From Octopus bimaculoides (lineage: Eukaryota), in NCBI RefSeq assembly GCF_001194135.2, contig NC_068982.1:84313796-84357107 (forward strand): a stretch of DNA of 43,312 bases, read 5' to 3'. Both the position numbers and the translations under genes were made by a program. The notes under the pieces were generated by a model, which worked only from the letters and a program-made list of their open reading frames with translations, searched no databases and was not told the origin of the DNA. Shown here one piece after another: positions 1 to 11,268 of the stretch. Position 1 is the first letter of the stretch. Each line of letters opens with the position of its first letter.

Positions 1-378
1 GGTTGTGTGTGTTTTTACGTATCTATGTTATGAAAAATAGGTAAAGAATACTGAGATGAAAGTTTAATCTATGACGTTGTATGTATCACTTTCTCTCTCT
101 CTCCCTCTCTCTCTATATTTTTATGTTGAGCGCGTGTGTAAGAATGGCGTTCCAGGTAGCAGGGATGAAATATAAAAGTTGCTAGAAACAACAGCCAAAT
201 CTCCCTTAAATCACACAAAGTAAACGGAATTTTAAAAATCTAATTACTGCACTGGAAAGTTCAGATCGAGAAAATTCCATTGATGTAAAAATTTTTACGA
301 AAAAGTGGAAAATGTGGATTTCTATAAACATTCAAAAAGGCTTCACACAAACACACAATTTCAGATTTATATATTAAG

Positions 379-443
379 ATATACATATATATATACATAC
401 ATATATATATACATATACATGCATATATATACATATATATATG

Positions 444-480
<37 letters not shown>
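379..480. repeat. Compound (TA)n/(TACA)n microsatellite
   Basis: Directly visible; abuts the (CAT)n tail of the RTE copy at 481. Confidence 0.95.
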
Positions 481-482
<2 letters not shown>

Positions 483-2812
483 TCATCATCATCATCGTTT
501 AACGTCCGCTTTCCATGCTAACATGGGTTGGACGATTTGACTGAGGACTGGTGAAACCAGATGGCTACACCAGGCTCCAATCTGATTTGACAGAGTTTCT
601 ACAGCTGGATGGCCTTCCTAACGCCAACCACTCAGAGAGTGTAGAGGGTGCTTTTACATGCCACCGGCACGAAGGCCAGCCAGGCGGTACTGGCAATGGC
701 CACGCTCAAAATGGTGTATTTTATGTGCCAGTCCAGGGGCATTGGCAACGATCTCGCTCAAAGTCCTTACACATGCCGCGGGCACAAGTGCCAGAAAGGC
801 GTCGCTGGGCACAGATGCCATCACAATTTCGCTTTCGCTTGCCCCAATAAGTCTTCGCAAGCTGAGTTTCGTGTCCAGTCAAGGAGACGACGTTGGCATA
901 GGTGCCAGTCGTCAAATTTAGCTCGATTTCGATTTCACCTGCCTCAACAGGTCTTTGCAAGTGGAAGTTTAGTGTCCAATTTAACTTGATTTCGATTTTA
1001 CTTGCCTCAACAGGTCTTTGCAAGTGGAGTTTAGTGTCCAATGAAGGAAGGAAGTTACGTATAAGTGGACTGGCTGAGGCCTTAGATTTAGGTCTCACTT
1101 GGCTTGCCGGGTCTTCTCACGCACAGCATATTTCCAATTGGCAGAGTTTCTACAGCTGGATACCCTTCCTAACTCCAACCGCTCAGAGAGTGTAGTGGGT
1201 GCTTTTACGTGCCACCGGCATGAAGGCCAGTCAGGTGGTACTGGCAACGGCCACGCTCAAAATGGTGTATTTTATGTGTCACCCACACAAGAGCCAGTCC
1301 AGGGGCACTGGAAACGATCTCTCTCGAATGTCCTTACACATGCTGCCGGCACAAGTGCCAGAAAGGCGATGCTGGGCACAGGTGCCATCACGATTTCGCT
1401 TTCCTCAATAAGTCTTCGCAAGCTGAGTTTCGTGTCCAATGAAGGAGACGACGTTGGCATGGTTGCCAGTCGTCGAATTTAACTCTATTTCACTTGCCTC
1501 AACAGGTCTTCGCAAGTGGAGTTTAGTGTCCAATTTACCCGATTTCAATTTCATTTGAGACGACGTTGGCATGGGTGCCAGTCGTCGAATTTAACTCAAT
1601 TTTGATTTCACTTGCCTCAACAGGTCTTTGCAAGTGGAGTTTAGTGTCCAATGAAGGAAGGGACGCATAAGTGGACTGGCTGAGGCATTAGATTTAGGTC
1701 TCACTTGGCTTGCTTGGTCTTCTCACGCACAGCATTTGGCAGAATTTCTACAGCTGGATGCCCTTCCTAACGCCAACCACTCAGAGAGTGTGGTGGGTGC
1801 TTTTACGTGCCATCGGCACGAAGGCCAGTCAGGCGGTACTGGCAACNNNNNNNNNNNNNNNNNNNNNNNNNNNNNNNNNNNNNNNNNNNNNNNNNNNNNN
1901 NNNNNNNNNNNNNNNNNNNNNNNNNNNNNNNNNNNNNNNNNNNNNNNNNNNNNNNNNNNNNNNNNNNNNNNNNNNNNNNNNNNNNNNNNNNNNNNNNNNN
2001 NNNNNNNNNNNNNNNNNNNNNNNNNNNNNNNNNNNNNNNNNNNNNNNNNNNNNNNNNNNNNNNNNNNNNNNNNNNNNNNNNNNNNNNNNNNNNNNNNNNN
2101 NNNNNNNNNNNNNNNNNNNNNNNNNNNNNNNCGTTGGCATGGGTGCCAGTCGTCGAATTTAACTCAATTTTGATTTCACTTGCCTCAACAGGTCTTTGCA
2201 AGTGGAGTTTAGTGTCCAATGAAGGAAGGTACGCATAAGTGGACTGGCTGAGGCCTTCGATTTAGGTCTCACTTGGCTTGCCGGGTCTTCTCATGCACAG
2301 CATATTTCCAAAGGTCTCGGTCAGAAGTCATAGCCTTGGTGAGGCCCAATGTTCGAAGGTCGTGCCTCACCACCTCATCCCAGGTCTTCCTGGGCCTATC
2401 TCTTCCACAGGTTCCCTCAACTGCTAAGGTGTGGCACTTTTTCACACACCTATCCTCATCCATTCTCGCTACATGACCATACCGGCGCAATCGTTTCTCT
2501 TGCACACCACAACTGATGCTTCGTAAGTTCAACTTTTCTCTCAAGGTACTGATTCTCTGTCTAGTATGCACACTGATATTGCACATCCATCGGAGCATAC
2601 TGGCTTCATTCCTTGCGAACCTACGCATGTCCTCAGCAGTCACGGCCCATGTTTCACTGCCATGAAGCATGGTTGTTCATACACTTGCGTCATAGTCTGC
2701 CTTTTACTCTGAGAGAGAGACCCTTTGTCGCCAGCAGAGATAAGAGCTCTCTGAACTTTGCCCAGGCTATTCTTATTCTAGCAGCTACGCTTTCAGCGCA
2801 TCTACCCCAACT
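481..2812 (-). mobile_element. 5'-truncated RTE-clade LINE with triplicated 3' end
   Basis: (CAT)n tail at 481-496 is (ATG)n on the - strand. ORF 2269..2670 reads MLHGSETWAV...LRRYGHVARMDEDRCVKK...GRDRPRKTWDEVV, a typical RTE ORF C-terminus. Similarity to the 16195-19095 copy stops near 2812. The ORF end plus 3'UTR occurs three times (gap 1847-2131 inside). Confidence 0.92.
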
Positions 2813-4132
2813 ACTAGAAGACAGAGAAAGACTTATCTTATCATCTTTTTATGGTCGTATTAATTCAGCAAAGATTTTAGGAGCGAGTGAAGGAATCGAT
2901 CGCGCATGCAAGTTTTATAGCCAAAACCATCCAAACCCGTGCGAAGCAAGGAGTTAATCGAGGGGGGAGGAGAAGAGATATAGAGAGGGAGTGGGATCGA
3001 GATAGACATAGTGAAATAGATATCGAGAGAGACAGATTATAAGAGAGAGGGTTATGCCAAAGCACAAGGTATTTTAGGGATTTCTATTGCCTGGACACAA
3101 TTAATATTGAATAAGTGTTGATTGAATCATTCCTGTTCTCATGTTAGCCAATATCATCCCCACTAAAGACTTATTCTGTTAAGTGTCCTTTTCATCTAAT
3201 TAGTTCTTCTTAAGTTTTAAATCTCTCAGGCTCTCTCAACTTCTGTTTCTCAGACAACATAGGGTTAAAATATTTTTTAAAATATTTTGAGTGATTAAAT
3301 CATCCATTGCTGGCTTGAAAGTTATATTTATATCCCCTTCCCATCCATTCCTACTAAGTCTTGAAAATATTTTGCATCTTACTTTGAATTGTTAATTGGC
3401 TTAAGGGTACATATTTTTGTATCTGCTGTTTGATTCAGAACATTAACAATTTCTCCATTTCATGGACAAAACTATGTCATTTCTTTGTTATTGATGATGC
3501 TAAAATACAGTATAGCATCTTAGTGCATTTTAAGCACTTTGTCCCTAGCAATAGTGGAGCATGTTGAATGAGATAACTATTTTCTTCATTCTACCATGTC
3601 AATTAATTATGTGTGTATTAGTCTCTGAATTAAGTAATTTCCTCTGTTTCTTGCCTGAAGTATTATTAGATAGAAAAATCTTCCTTTTGTGCAATATCTT
3701 TGGTGTAGTAAATCTTTAGGAGATGATTTCTGGGAGTAAAATAAATGTGAAAATGGAGATATGTGAGACTGGATGTAGGAATATTTGAATGAGTTTTGAA
3801 CTCTAACAACTGCTAAGAGAAATTATGCATATGCACACGGGAATATAAATAACCATAAATGTAGGTAATTGTAATATGATTATTAAATGCCAAGAGCTAT
3901 TGCACTTGCTTGCACAGGAATATATATGATTGTAAATGCAAGAGCCAAATAGGTCATATGTTGGGTGTCTTTAACTTTATCTCTGATAACCTACTTATAA
4001 GTATTTATTTATTCACTTTAGTCATTCAGAATCGTCAAGTTATTTCACTATACAGTTCTATATTTAAGAGATGAGGAATTATATACATTATTTATGTTTG
4101 ACTGACATTTGTCCTCATCTTGTTTGTTGTTA

Positions 4133-4177
4133 ACACAACGTTTCAGCTGATATACCCTCCAGCCTTCATCAGGTGTC
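4133..4177 (-). ncRNA. Minimal type I hammerhead ribozyme motif (PLE-type)
   Basis: The - strand reads gACAC-CTGATGA-a-GGCTG(gagggtatat)CAGCT-GAAA-CG-TT-GTGT. This gives stem I ACAC/GTGT, core CUGAUGA, stem II, GAAA, a palindromic ACGU stem III and a UH cleavage site. One extra A follows the core. Confidence 0.7.
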
Positions 4178-4316
4178 TTGGGGAAATTTTGAACTTGGGT
4201 TCTCATTCCTAAAGTATTTTTTTAATGTTATTATTATTAAGGTCACTGCCTGGAATCGAGCTCGGAATCTTGGGGTTAGTAGCCCACGCTCTTAACCACT
4301 ACGCCATATGCCCACA

Positions 4317-4388
4317 GGCATATGGCTTAGTAGTTAAGAGCGCGGGCTACTAACCCCAAGATTCCGAGTTCGATTCCAGGCAGTGACC
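4317..4388 (+). other. tRNA-derived (SINE-like) head with A/B boxes; mirror copy at 4241-4312 on the - strand
   Basis: A-box-like TGGC(G/T)TAGT(G/A)GTT, anticodon-like arm GGG-CTACTAA-CCC and B-box GAG(T/C)TCGATTCC. The acceptor stem does not pair, so this is not a tRNA gene. Confidence 0.75.
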
Positions 4389-4469
4389 TTAATAATAATA
4401 ATAATAATAATGATAACAGCATCAAAAAAATACCTTAGGAATAAGAACCCAGGTTCAAAATTTCCCCAA

Positions 4470-4515
4470 GACACCTGATGAAGGCCGGAGGGTATATCAG
4501 CTAAAACATTGTGTT
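4470..4515 (+). ncRNA. Degenerate hammerhead copy in the right arm
   Basis: ACAC-CTGATGA-AGGCCGG...CAGCT-AAAACATT-GTGT: G12 and the ACGT palindrome are mutated, so probably inactive. Confidence 0.5.
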
Positions 4516-4659
4516 AACAACAAACAAGATGAGGACAAATATTTGTCAAATATAAATAATGTAAATAATGTTATTTCACTATATTCCTTTAATATTTTGG
4601 GTTTAATTTTCAATCTTTCATTCTACTGTTCATCTTCTGACTACTATCACAAACTGCAT

Positions 4660-5720
4660 CTCCTGGTTTATACATTAATCAGGAGAGGGTCGTGCTATAG
4701 CTCTTGATATATTCAAAGCCTTTTATAGAATTTGGCATGCTGGTTTGTTCCTTATGCTTTCTGCCTTTGGTGTATGTGAAGAGGTCTTTGACATTATCAA
4801 ATCATTCTTTTCTGATTGTTTTGTGCATGTGACTCGGGATCAGTGGTGGCTCGTGTATAGGCACTGCGAAACTGCAGCACCCCCTATTTCCTCTCGATAT
4901 TATTGATAACATTCAATATAATGAGTTCTTTTTTCTTTAATTCTTTCTTTATACTTATACATTATATAATCCTTAAGCTTAATGTCAGTAGCCATCCTCT
5001 AGTTTATGAAAAAAAGTACAAAAATTCTTGTATAGAACTGTGCATTTCACAGTTCCAGCGGCACAGTGCTTGGCTATTGTGTGCATGCTCACATGTCTGA
5101 GATAGGAAGCTATACAATAGGGAGAGAGAGAGAGAGCACTGTGGTTCATGCAGTGTTGACCCTGGTGTGATGGTGAAAGGTAGTGTTTTTTTTTTACTCC
5201 ATGTGTGTCATGCTTAAAATCGTGTTTAAATTCTTGAATATGATAAAGTGTAGAATTAGATTATTATCCTGCTTCCAGCTACAGTGTTGCTGCCAGGATT
5301 TGAAAAATAGGGCAGATTTTCCCCCCTTATTTTGTGATTTAGGATAGATTTTTGAAAAATAAGGGGGAATTCATAGTGGTATTGAGTGAACAAATTAAAC
5401 ACATTACCTAGCAATGGCTAAAATGCGAACCAAACAAGTTTATGTATAAATTTTCTTTTTATATGTTTGGTTCCTTTTACACAATATTAAAACAATGGCT
5501 AAAAATTTTCTGAAGCAGCACCCCACTAATTTTATCTATGAGCTGCCACTGCTCTGGATGGTATTACTTCTTTTGAGTATTCTAGCAATGCCAGTGTTCC
5601 TTGAGGCTCTGTTCTTGATCCAATTGTATTTCTCCTCTACATCAATAATGTTCCTGGCAATCTTCTTCAATTAGTCAACGTTTCTACTTATGATACTACT
5701 CTGTATTTTGGTTTTCCTTT
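4660..5720 (+). pseudogene. Decayed CR1/Jockey-like LINE reverse transcriptase fragment split by a hAT MITE
   Basis: 4660-4840 translates to AIALDIFKAFYRIWHAGLF...IIKSFFSD. 5552-5705 continues LDGITS...SVP*GSVLDPIVFLLYINNVP...TYDTTLY, matching the LD.SKAFD.V.H, GVPQGS.LGP.LF and YADD regions. Joining the two sides across the TSD restores VHVTLDG. Confidence 0.8.
4841..5551. mobile_element. Non-autonomous hAT-superfamily DNA transposon (MITE)
   Basis: Imperfect TIRs CAGTGGTGGCTCGT / ATGAGCTGCCACTG. 8-bp TSD CTCGGGAT (4833-4840) vs CTCTGGAT (5552-5559), 7/8 identical. Confidence 0.85.
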
Positions 5721-6336
5721 CAATCCCTCTCCCTTAAAATGATTGGAATTTGTTACTAAACTTCTTTTCTTTTCAAAGAGCATTTGAGTGTGTTTTTACA
5801 ATTGCAAGTTTTAGTTGTAGATACTCCCCCAGCAGTAATGTTTGATATTTCTTTGGAGTTAGCTGTAGAAATACTTGTAGGAGATGTCAAGGAATTATTG
5901 CAGTTTAAGCAGCCAGCTGGGTTCAATTGATGGTCATTCTGCAGAGGTAGATAAGCGACAGGGCGTATACTATGGTGGGGGTCAAGACCAGAGGAATTTG
6001 GAAGTTGACTGGTTGGTATCAGATGTACAACTTCCCTATTATAGTTTAAAGTTATTAGTCTCAGTAATGGTATCAGCAAGGTTGGGGGTTGTAGAGTATG
6101 ATAGCTTAATGGCATATTTGTTAAATATATTGGGTGATACACAAGTATTCAACTATGAGTGCATTGCATTTTATATCAGAAACAGCTGCAAGCTAATAAA
6201 ATTTATAGCACGATTTCTTTTCCTTTGTCATTTCAATTTCTTATTACTGCTCTGTACTTGACTGAAAATTTATTCTAAAGCATATGTATACTGGGTTCTA
6301 ACACAAGGTTATTAGTATCAATATGCCTAAGCAAAA

Positions 6337-6375
<39 letters not shown>

Positions 6376-6552
6376 CACACACAAAGATAAGCAGAGTTAG
6401 CAGTTGTAGTAACTGACTAAGGGATAAAAATATCCGTATTTACTCTCAGTATCAATTAGCTGTGCTATCCCTGGGCATAGGTAGGCAGGCACACTATGCT
6501 CGTAGGGTACAGGTAACAACAGAATAAACAAAAGTTTATCAGGAATCAAATT

Positions 6553-7157
6553 TAAATAATCAGAAAATGGAGAAAACTTTTGATCAACAAACAAATGAAT
6601 TGGACCACATCTGTAGATTATTTTTTAATACAAAACATGACATAACATTTCTTACGGCCGTTTCCGCTTCCAATGCCTGTCAGTGGTTATGAAAGAATTT
6701 CAAAAATAATATTCGTTATCTTCATAGGACACTCGATCTAGTACATGGAGCTTCATCAGAGTGAATACAAATGCATAAAATAAAATAAACAAAGCGAAGA
6801 GGGAATAGGAAAGAACAGGGCCTCAAGAAGAGGCCAGAAGGCTCAATATATTAAAATCATACCATCTTCCAGTGTGGAGCTTTAAAGTTGAGGCCCTGTT
6901 CATTCCTATTCCCTCTTCCCTTCGTTTATTTTATTTTACGCATTTGTATTCACACTAATGAAGCTCCATGTACTAGATCGAATGTCCTATGAAGATAATG
7001 AATATTATTTTCGAAATGCTTTTGCAAGCACCGACTAGCATTGGAAGCAGAAATGGGTATAAGAAATATGTCATGTTTTGTATTAAAAAATAATCTACAG
7101 ATGTGGTCCAATTTGTTTGTTTGTTGTTCTGAAGTTTTCTCCATTTTCTGATTATTT

Positions 7158-7158
<1 letters not shown>
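6553..7158. mobile_element. Fold-back element with about 275-bp inverted arms and a 61-bp spacer, probably PLE-related
   Basis: Arms 6553-6826 and 6888-7158 are diverged reverse complements. The element plus about 170 bp of left flank sits between (TA)n tracts. A CTGATGAAG motif is at 6751-6759 (-) but no intact GAAA follows. Confidence 0.7.
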
Positions 7159-7200
<42 letters not shown>

Positions 7201-7201
<1 letters not shown>

Positions 7202-7598
7202 TCTTTTACTTGTTTCAGTCATTTGACTGTGGCCATGCTGGAGCACCACCTTTAGTCGAGCAAATCGACCCCAGGACTTATTCTTTGTAAGCCTAGTACT
7301 TATTCTATCGCTCTTTTGCCGAACTGCTAAGTTACGGGGACGTAAACACACCAGAATCGGTTGTCAAGCGATGTTGGGGGGACAAACACAGACACGCAAA
7401 CATATACACACACATACATATATACACATATATACGACAGGCTTCTTTCAGTTTCCGTCTACCAAATCCACTCACAAGGCTTTGGTCGGCCCTAGGCTAT
7501 AGTAGAAGACACTTGCCCAAGGTGCCACGCAGTGGGACTGAACCCGGAACCATGTGGTTGGTAAGCAAGCTACTTACCACACAGCCACTCCTACGCCT
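7201..7598 (-). mobile_element. Near full-length tRNA-derived SINE, family A
   Basis: The - strand begins AGGCGTAGGAGTGGCTGTGTGGTAAG...GGTTCAGTCCC (A/B boxes), then GGCACCTTGGGCAAG, an internal (TG/TA)n tract, and the tail ...CATGGCCACAGTCAAATGACTGAAACAAGTAAAAGAG. (TA)n on both sides. Relatives at 10670, 21768, 26465, 29186 and 39880. Confidence 0.9.
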
Positions 7599-7615
7599 AT
7601 ATATATATATATATA

Positions 7616-7790
7616 ATCATTATCATCATCATTTAATGTCCATTTACTCTACTGACATAGGTTGAATGGCTTGACAGGAGCTGGTAAGTCAGAAGATTGT
7701 ACCGAGCTCTACTGTCTGCTTTGGTATGATTTCTACGACTGCATGCCCTTCCTGATGTCATCAACTTTAGAGTGTAGTAAGTACTTTATT
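7616..7790 (-). mobile_element. Decayed RTE 3'-tail fragment
   Basis: Starts with a (CAT)n-like run and resembles 481-660. Confidence 0.65.
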
Positions 7791-8644
7791 GATGAAGCAT
7801 TTTTATTATTATTGATATCATTAATAGAATAATCTTGATTATGCTACCTCCCAATGGAGTCTCAGTGTAGTTGTTTGACCTACTAGAAATTGCACTCAAG
7901 CTTTTTTGTAGTTACACTATCTTGATTTAAACAAAAGCAAAGCTAACAACTAAATGATCTGATACAATAACACACACACCTATATTAAAAAAAACATAAA
8001 CATGAACAATAAAAAAAATGAAAATTATAAATAACATAGGAAACAATGCTAAAGATTGGGAAGCATGAATGTTTAAAACAGAAGCTTAAAAAGTTTTAGA
8101 CAAAAAACACAGTTGGTAATGCTTATTCTGAAATTTTGCCAAATTAACAGAGAAAAATAAAGCTTTATAACATGGAAATTTGCAAGTGTTGTTTTTTGCA
8201 AAATAGAAGTGAGTGGACCACAATGTATATATTATCATATGTATACTGAAATAGAGTGACAGCCACATCAAAGCCCTCAAAATAGACAAAATTAAAATTT
8301 TTATGAAGATATATTCAAATTGGGATTAAGATATGAGCGAATAGGACAGTTTTGGAGTTTTAGCAACATAGAAATACAAGCTTGTACACCTTTCTCTATT
8401 AGTATTAGATATGTAATACTTTTGTACATAACGTCGTACATCACTTCCTTGGTTAGAATCACTGGTCCTTTTATATTCAGAAGAGTGACTGACTTCAGTA
8501 TCATTTACTTCTATAAAATCTAGTGTAAAGAGTAGATATTGTCAAAAGTGCTTATTCTTTGAATTACAATGTATGTAGACTAGGGACTGATTATGAATAG
8601 ATAAAAGTATTTGTCTTAATCTGTTTTGAATCATCATCATAATC

Positions 8645-9805
8645 TTTTCTACTCTAGGCACATGACCTGAAATTTTGGGATGAGGGGGCTACTCAACTAC
8701 ATTGATCCAAATGCTTCGGGTGTGGTCGCCGCTGGCCAGACAAATGTTCCCCGAGTTCAAAAGTTTTTGCGAACAGGAAGCCTGGTGTTCTCGTAGACCG
8801 AGGTCGAGTGAATGGCATAAAGAGTGTCGTAAGGCCCTCTTGCTTTTCCGGCGCTTGGGCAACGCCAGCGGTGGGGGTTCCACACGGATTTTATATAGTG
8901 GGTTGGTAGAGTCTGAATGCGACGATGGCCTGGGGGCAACTCTAGGTCTCAGGTTTATTCAACTGGACAGCCTGTTTCACAGTACATTCGGGTTGAGAAC
9001 GTTAGACAACTTCCAAAAGTCCTTAACCTGGCAATGCTACAGAGGTGCCTTGCCCGTTTGGGANNNNNNNNNNNNNNNNNNNNNNNNNNNNNNNNNNNNN
9101 NNNNNNNNNNNNNNNNNNNNNNNNNNNNNNNNNNNNNNNNNNNNNNNNNNNNNNNNNNNNNNNNNNNNNNNNNNNNNNNNNNNNNNNNNNNNNNNNNNNN
9201 NNNNNNNNNNNNNNNNNNNNNNNNNNNNNNNNNNNNNNNNNNNNNNNNNNNNNNNNNNNNNNNNNNNNNNNNNNNNNNNNNNNNNNNNNNNNNNNNNNNN
9301 NNNNNNNNNNNNNNNNNNNNNNNNNNNNNNNNNNNNNNNNNNNNNNNNNNNNNNNNNNNNNNNNNNNNNNNNNNNNNNNNNNNNNNNNNNNNNNNNNNNN
9401 NNNNNNNNNNNNNNNNNNNNNNNNNNNNNNNNNNNNNNNNNNNNNNNNNNNNNNNNNNACGTTCCAAAAGAGATGGAAGAATGTTGCACGAGTGTTGTGC
9501 ATGCAAGGAACCATGTGAATAGTCAGGAAAAAAAGGAAAAACAAAAAGGTGCCAGCGAGAGATCGGGGCTTGTGGGGTCGGAGCGTGGCCTGATCATCGC
9601 TTTATTTGTGTTGTCTAACGTTCTGTTAATATCATTCGATTTTTATATTTTATATAATTTTTAAAGTCATGTTTTATGTAAACCATTCGCATTACTGATC
9701 CCAATCAGTTGTTTTGTACCATTTTATGTTTGGCCCCCTGTGGGCAATAAAGAAATTGGTACTTATTTCATCAACCCTGAAAGGATGAAAAGCAAAGTTG
9801 ACTAT
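8645..9805 (-). mobile_element. SINE family B fragment split by a Tx1-like LINE (pieces about 8645-8712 and 9757-9805)
   Basis: Left piece TTTTCTACTCTAGGCAC...GAAATTTTGGG...GGGGG and right piece TGGTACTTATTT...CCCTGAAAGGATGAAAAGCAAAGTTGAC are contiguous in the copies at 11084, 22508 and 25175. Confidence 0.75.
8713..9756 (+). mobile_element. 5'-truncated L1/Tx1-like LINE (ORF2 C-terminal region and 3'UTR, with gap)
   Basis: GC-rich frame reads ...LDNFQKSLTWQCYRGALPVW just before the gap (W...H..LP-type segment preceding the C-terminal zinc knuckle), then FQKRWKNVARV after it. Ends GCCCCCTGTGGGC-AATAAA-GAAAT (AATAAA at 9746-9751). Confidence 0.7.
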
Positions 9806-9841
9806 TTAAAAAAAAGCCTATTATGATGTCATACTTTGTAA

Positions 9842-9888
<47 letters not shown>

Positions 9889-10009
9889 TCATAAGAGAAA
9901 AGCTATTCAGATTTAAATGTCCAGAGTCAAAGCTACAGTTTATTTCTGAAGTGATCATTATATGAGTTTCTGACTGAATATTAATTTAGATATAAGTCAA
10001 TTATTATCA

Positions 10010-10660
10010 GGTAACTATGGATGGAGGTATGGGATAAACATGCACATTAATACCTGTCTGCATAATTTTATATATGCACATCTGTGTATATACACATGTA
10101 CATGAACGTTTTTGCATGCATGCCTCAATGTGCACATGTCTACACATATATGTGGCCATATAAATACATCTGCAAGTGTACATACATGCATGTGAACATA
10201 TGTTGTACACAGATGCATATTTACATTAATATGCTTTCTGTATACAGCTACTTGAATGTATATTTTCGTGTATGTTGCAAATATAGATGTGTACATGTTT
10301 TTGGTTATCTGCATGTATATACATGTATCCACATGTGTACAAAAGGGGGTTGACACTCATTCAAGTGTTTATGCAGGTATGGATGCATAAATGGGTAACC
10401 ATACTCAAGCAAATGACTTCACACAAGTGTAAATGTGTATATATGTGAATATACATTCTGCCATGTGTAATTGAGTATATGTGTATATGCACATGCATGT
10501 GGCTAAATACATGTGCACATACAAGTATATTCACATACTTATATGCATGCACACACTTATACACAGACGCAGACTTATGCACAAGTTTATACACACATAT
10601 ACATATATACACATAAGCATTCATAGACTCAAATATAGATATATACTTATACATCAATCC
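10010..10660. repeat. Long degenerate purine-pyrimidine (CA/TG/TA) low-complexity tract
   Basis: Directly visible; explains the C/H/M/Y/I/V-rich spurious ORFs on both strands. Confidence 0.9.
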
Positions 10661-10669
10661 CCATACACA

Positions 10670-10830
10670 CACCAGCATGTGGTTTCCCGTTCATTCTCAC
10701 TGCATGGTACCTTGAGCAAATGACTTCTACTATAGCCCCAGTCTTGTGAATGAATATGATGGATAGAACTGAAAGAAGCCTGCCGTATTAAAAGTGTATG
10801 TGTGTGTTGCATGTGTTGCCTTGTATGATA
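10670..10830 (+). mobile_element. SINE family A fragment
   Basis: CATGTGGTTTCCCGTTC...GGTACCTTGAGCAAATGACTTCTACTATAGCC...AACTGAAAGAAGCC matches the 7201-7598 consensus. Confidence 0.75.
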
Positions 10831-10914
10831 ATTGTAAATGAGTGTCACCATCGTATAAGCAGTGTTTTTTATTTCTAATCTTCTGTGGAAACACATCTTG
10901 TCATGAGGATATAT

Positions 10915-11045
10915 TACACTGCTGTGTAACAAGTGACAGTTGGTGACAGAAAAGGCATCTGACTAGAAAATCTACCTTGTCAAATTCTGTCTGACCCATG
11001 CAAACATGGGAAAAATTAACGTTAAAATTATGGTGGTGGTGATAT
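10915..11045 (+). mobile_element. RTE-type 3' tail fragment
   Basis: GGCATCTGACTAGAAAATCT...GACCCATGCAAACATGGGAAAAATTAACGTTAAAATTATGGTGGTGGTGAT resembles the RTE 3' terminus. Confidence 0.6.
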
Positions 11046-11083
11046 AATATGTACAGAAATTGTAATAACAATTGTAATAAAAA

Positions 11084-11268
11084 GCCGGCAATTTTAAGGG
11101 AGGAGGTAAGTCGATTACATTGACCCATGTGCAGCTGGGACTTATTTTGTTCACTCTGATAGGACAAAAGGCAAATGCGATCTTGACAGAATTTGAACTC
11201 GGGATGTAAAGAGGTGGAACAAATGCCGTTATGCAATTTTTTCAATGTGCTAATGATTTTGCCAGCAA
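11084..11268 (-). mobile_element. SINE family B (tRNA head plus conserved central domain)
   Basis: Matches 22508-22706 and 25175-25381: GCTGGCA.AAT..TTAGCAC...GAGTTCAAATTC...GCCTTT..TCCT. Confidence 0.75.

Larger units (their letters stand above)
4053..4569. mobile_element. Palindromic non-autonomous Penelope-like (PLE-type) element with tRNA-like heads and hammerhead motifs
   Basis: Inverted arms about 4078-4312 and 4317-4569 around a 4-nt loop (CACA). 14-bp direct repeat GTTATTTCACTATA at 4039-4052 and 4570-4583 flanks it as a TSD. Each arm has a tRNA-like head, an (AAT)n run and a CTGATGA motif. The PLE assignment is inferred from the hammerhead and the inverted architecture. Confidence 0.8.

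Noticed and set aside
481-2260. CRISPR-like or satellite array
   Set aside because: The units are 550-600-bp LINE 3' ends, with no short repeats separated by unique spacers.
5756-6261. Overlapping 125-128 aa ORFs on opposite strands
   Set aside because: No recognisable motifs or splice signals; adjacent to a decayed LINE and probably unrecognisable TE debris.
10007-10723. Cluster of 67-113 aa ORFs on both strands
   Set aside because: They translate degenerate CA/TG/TA repeats and have no splice or domain support.
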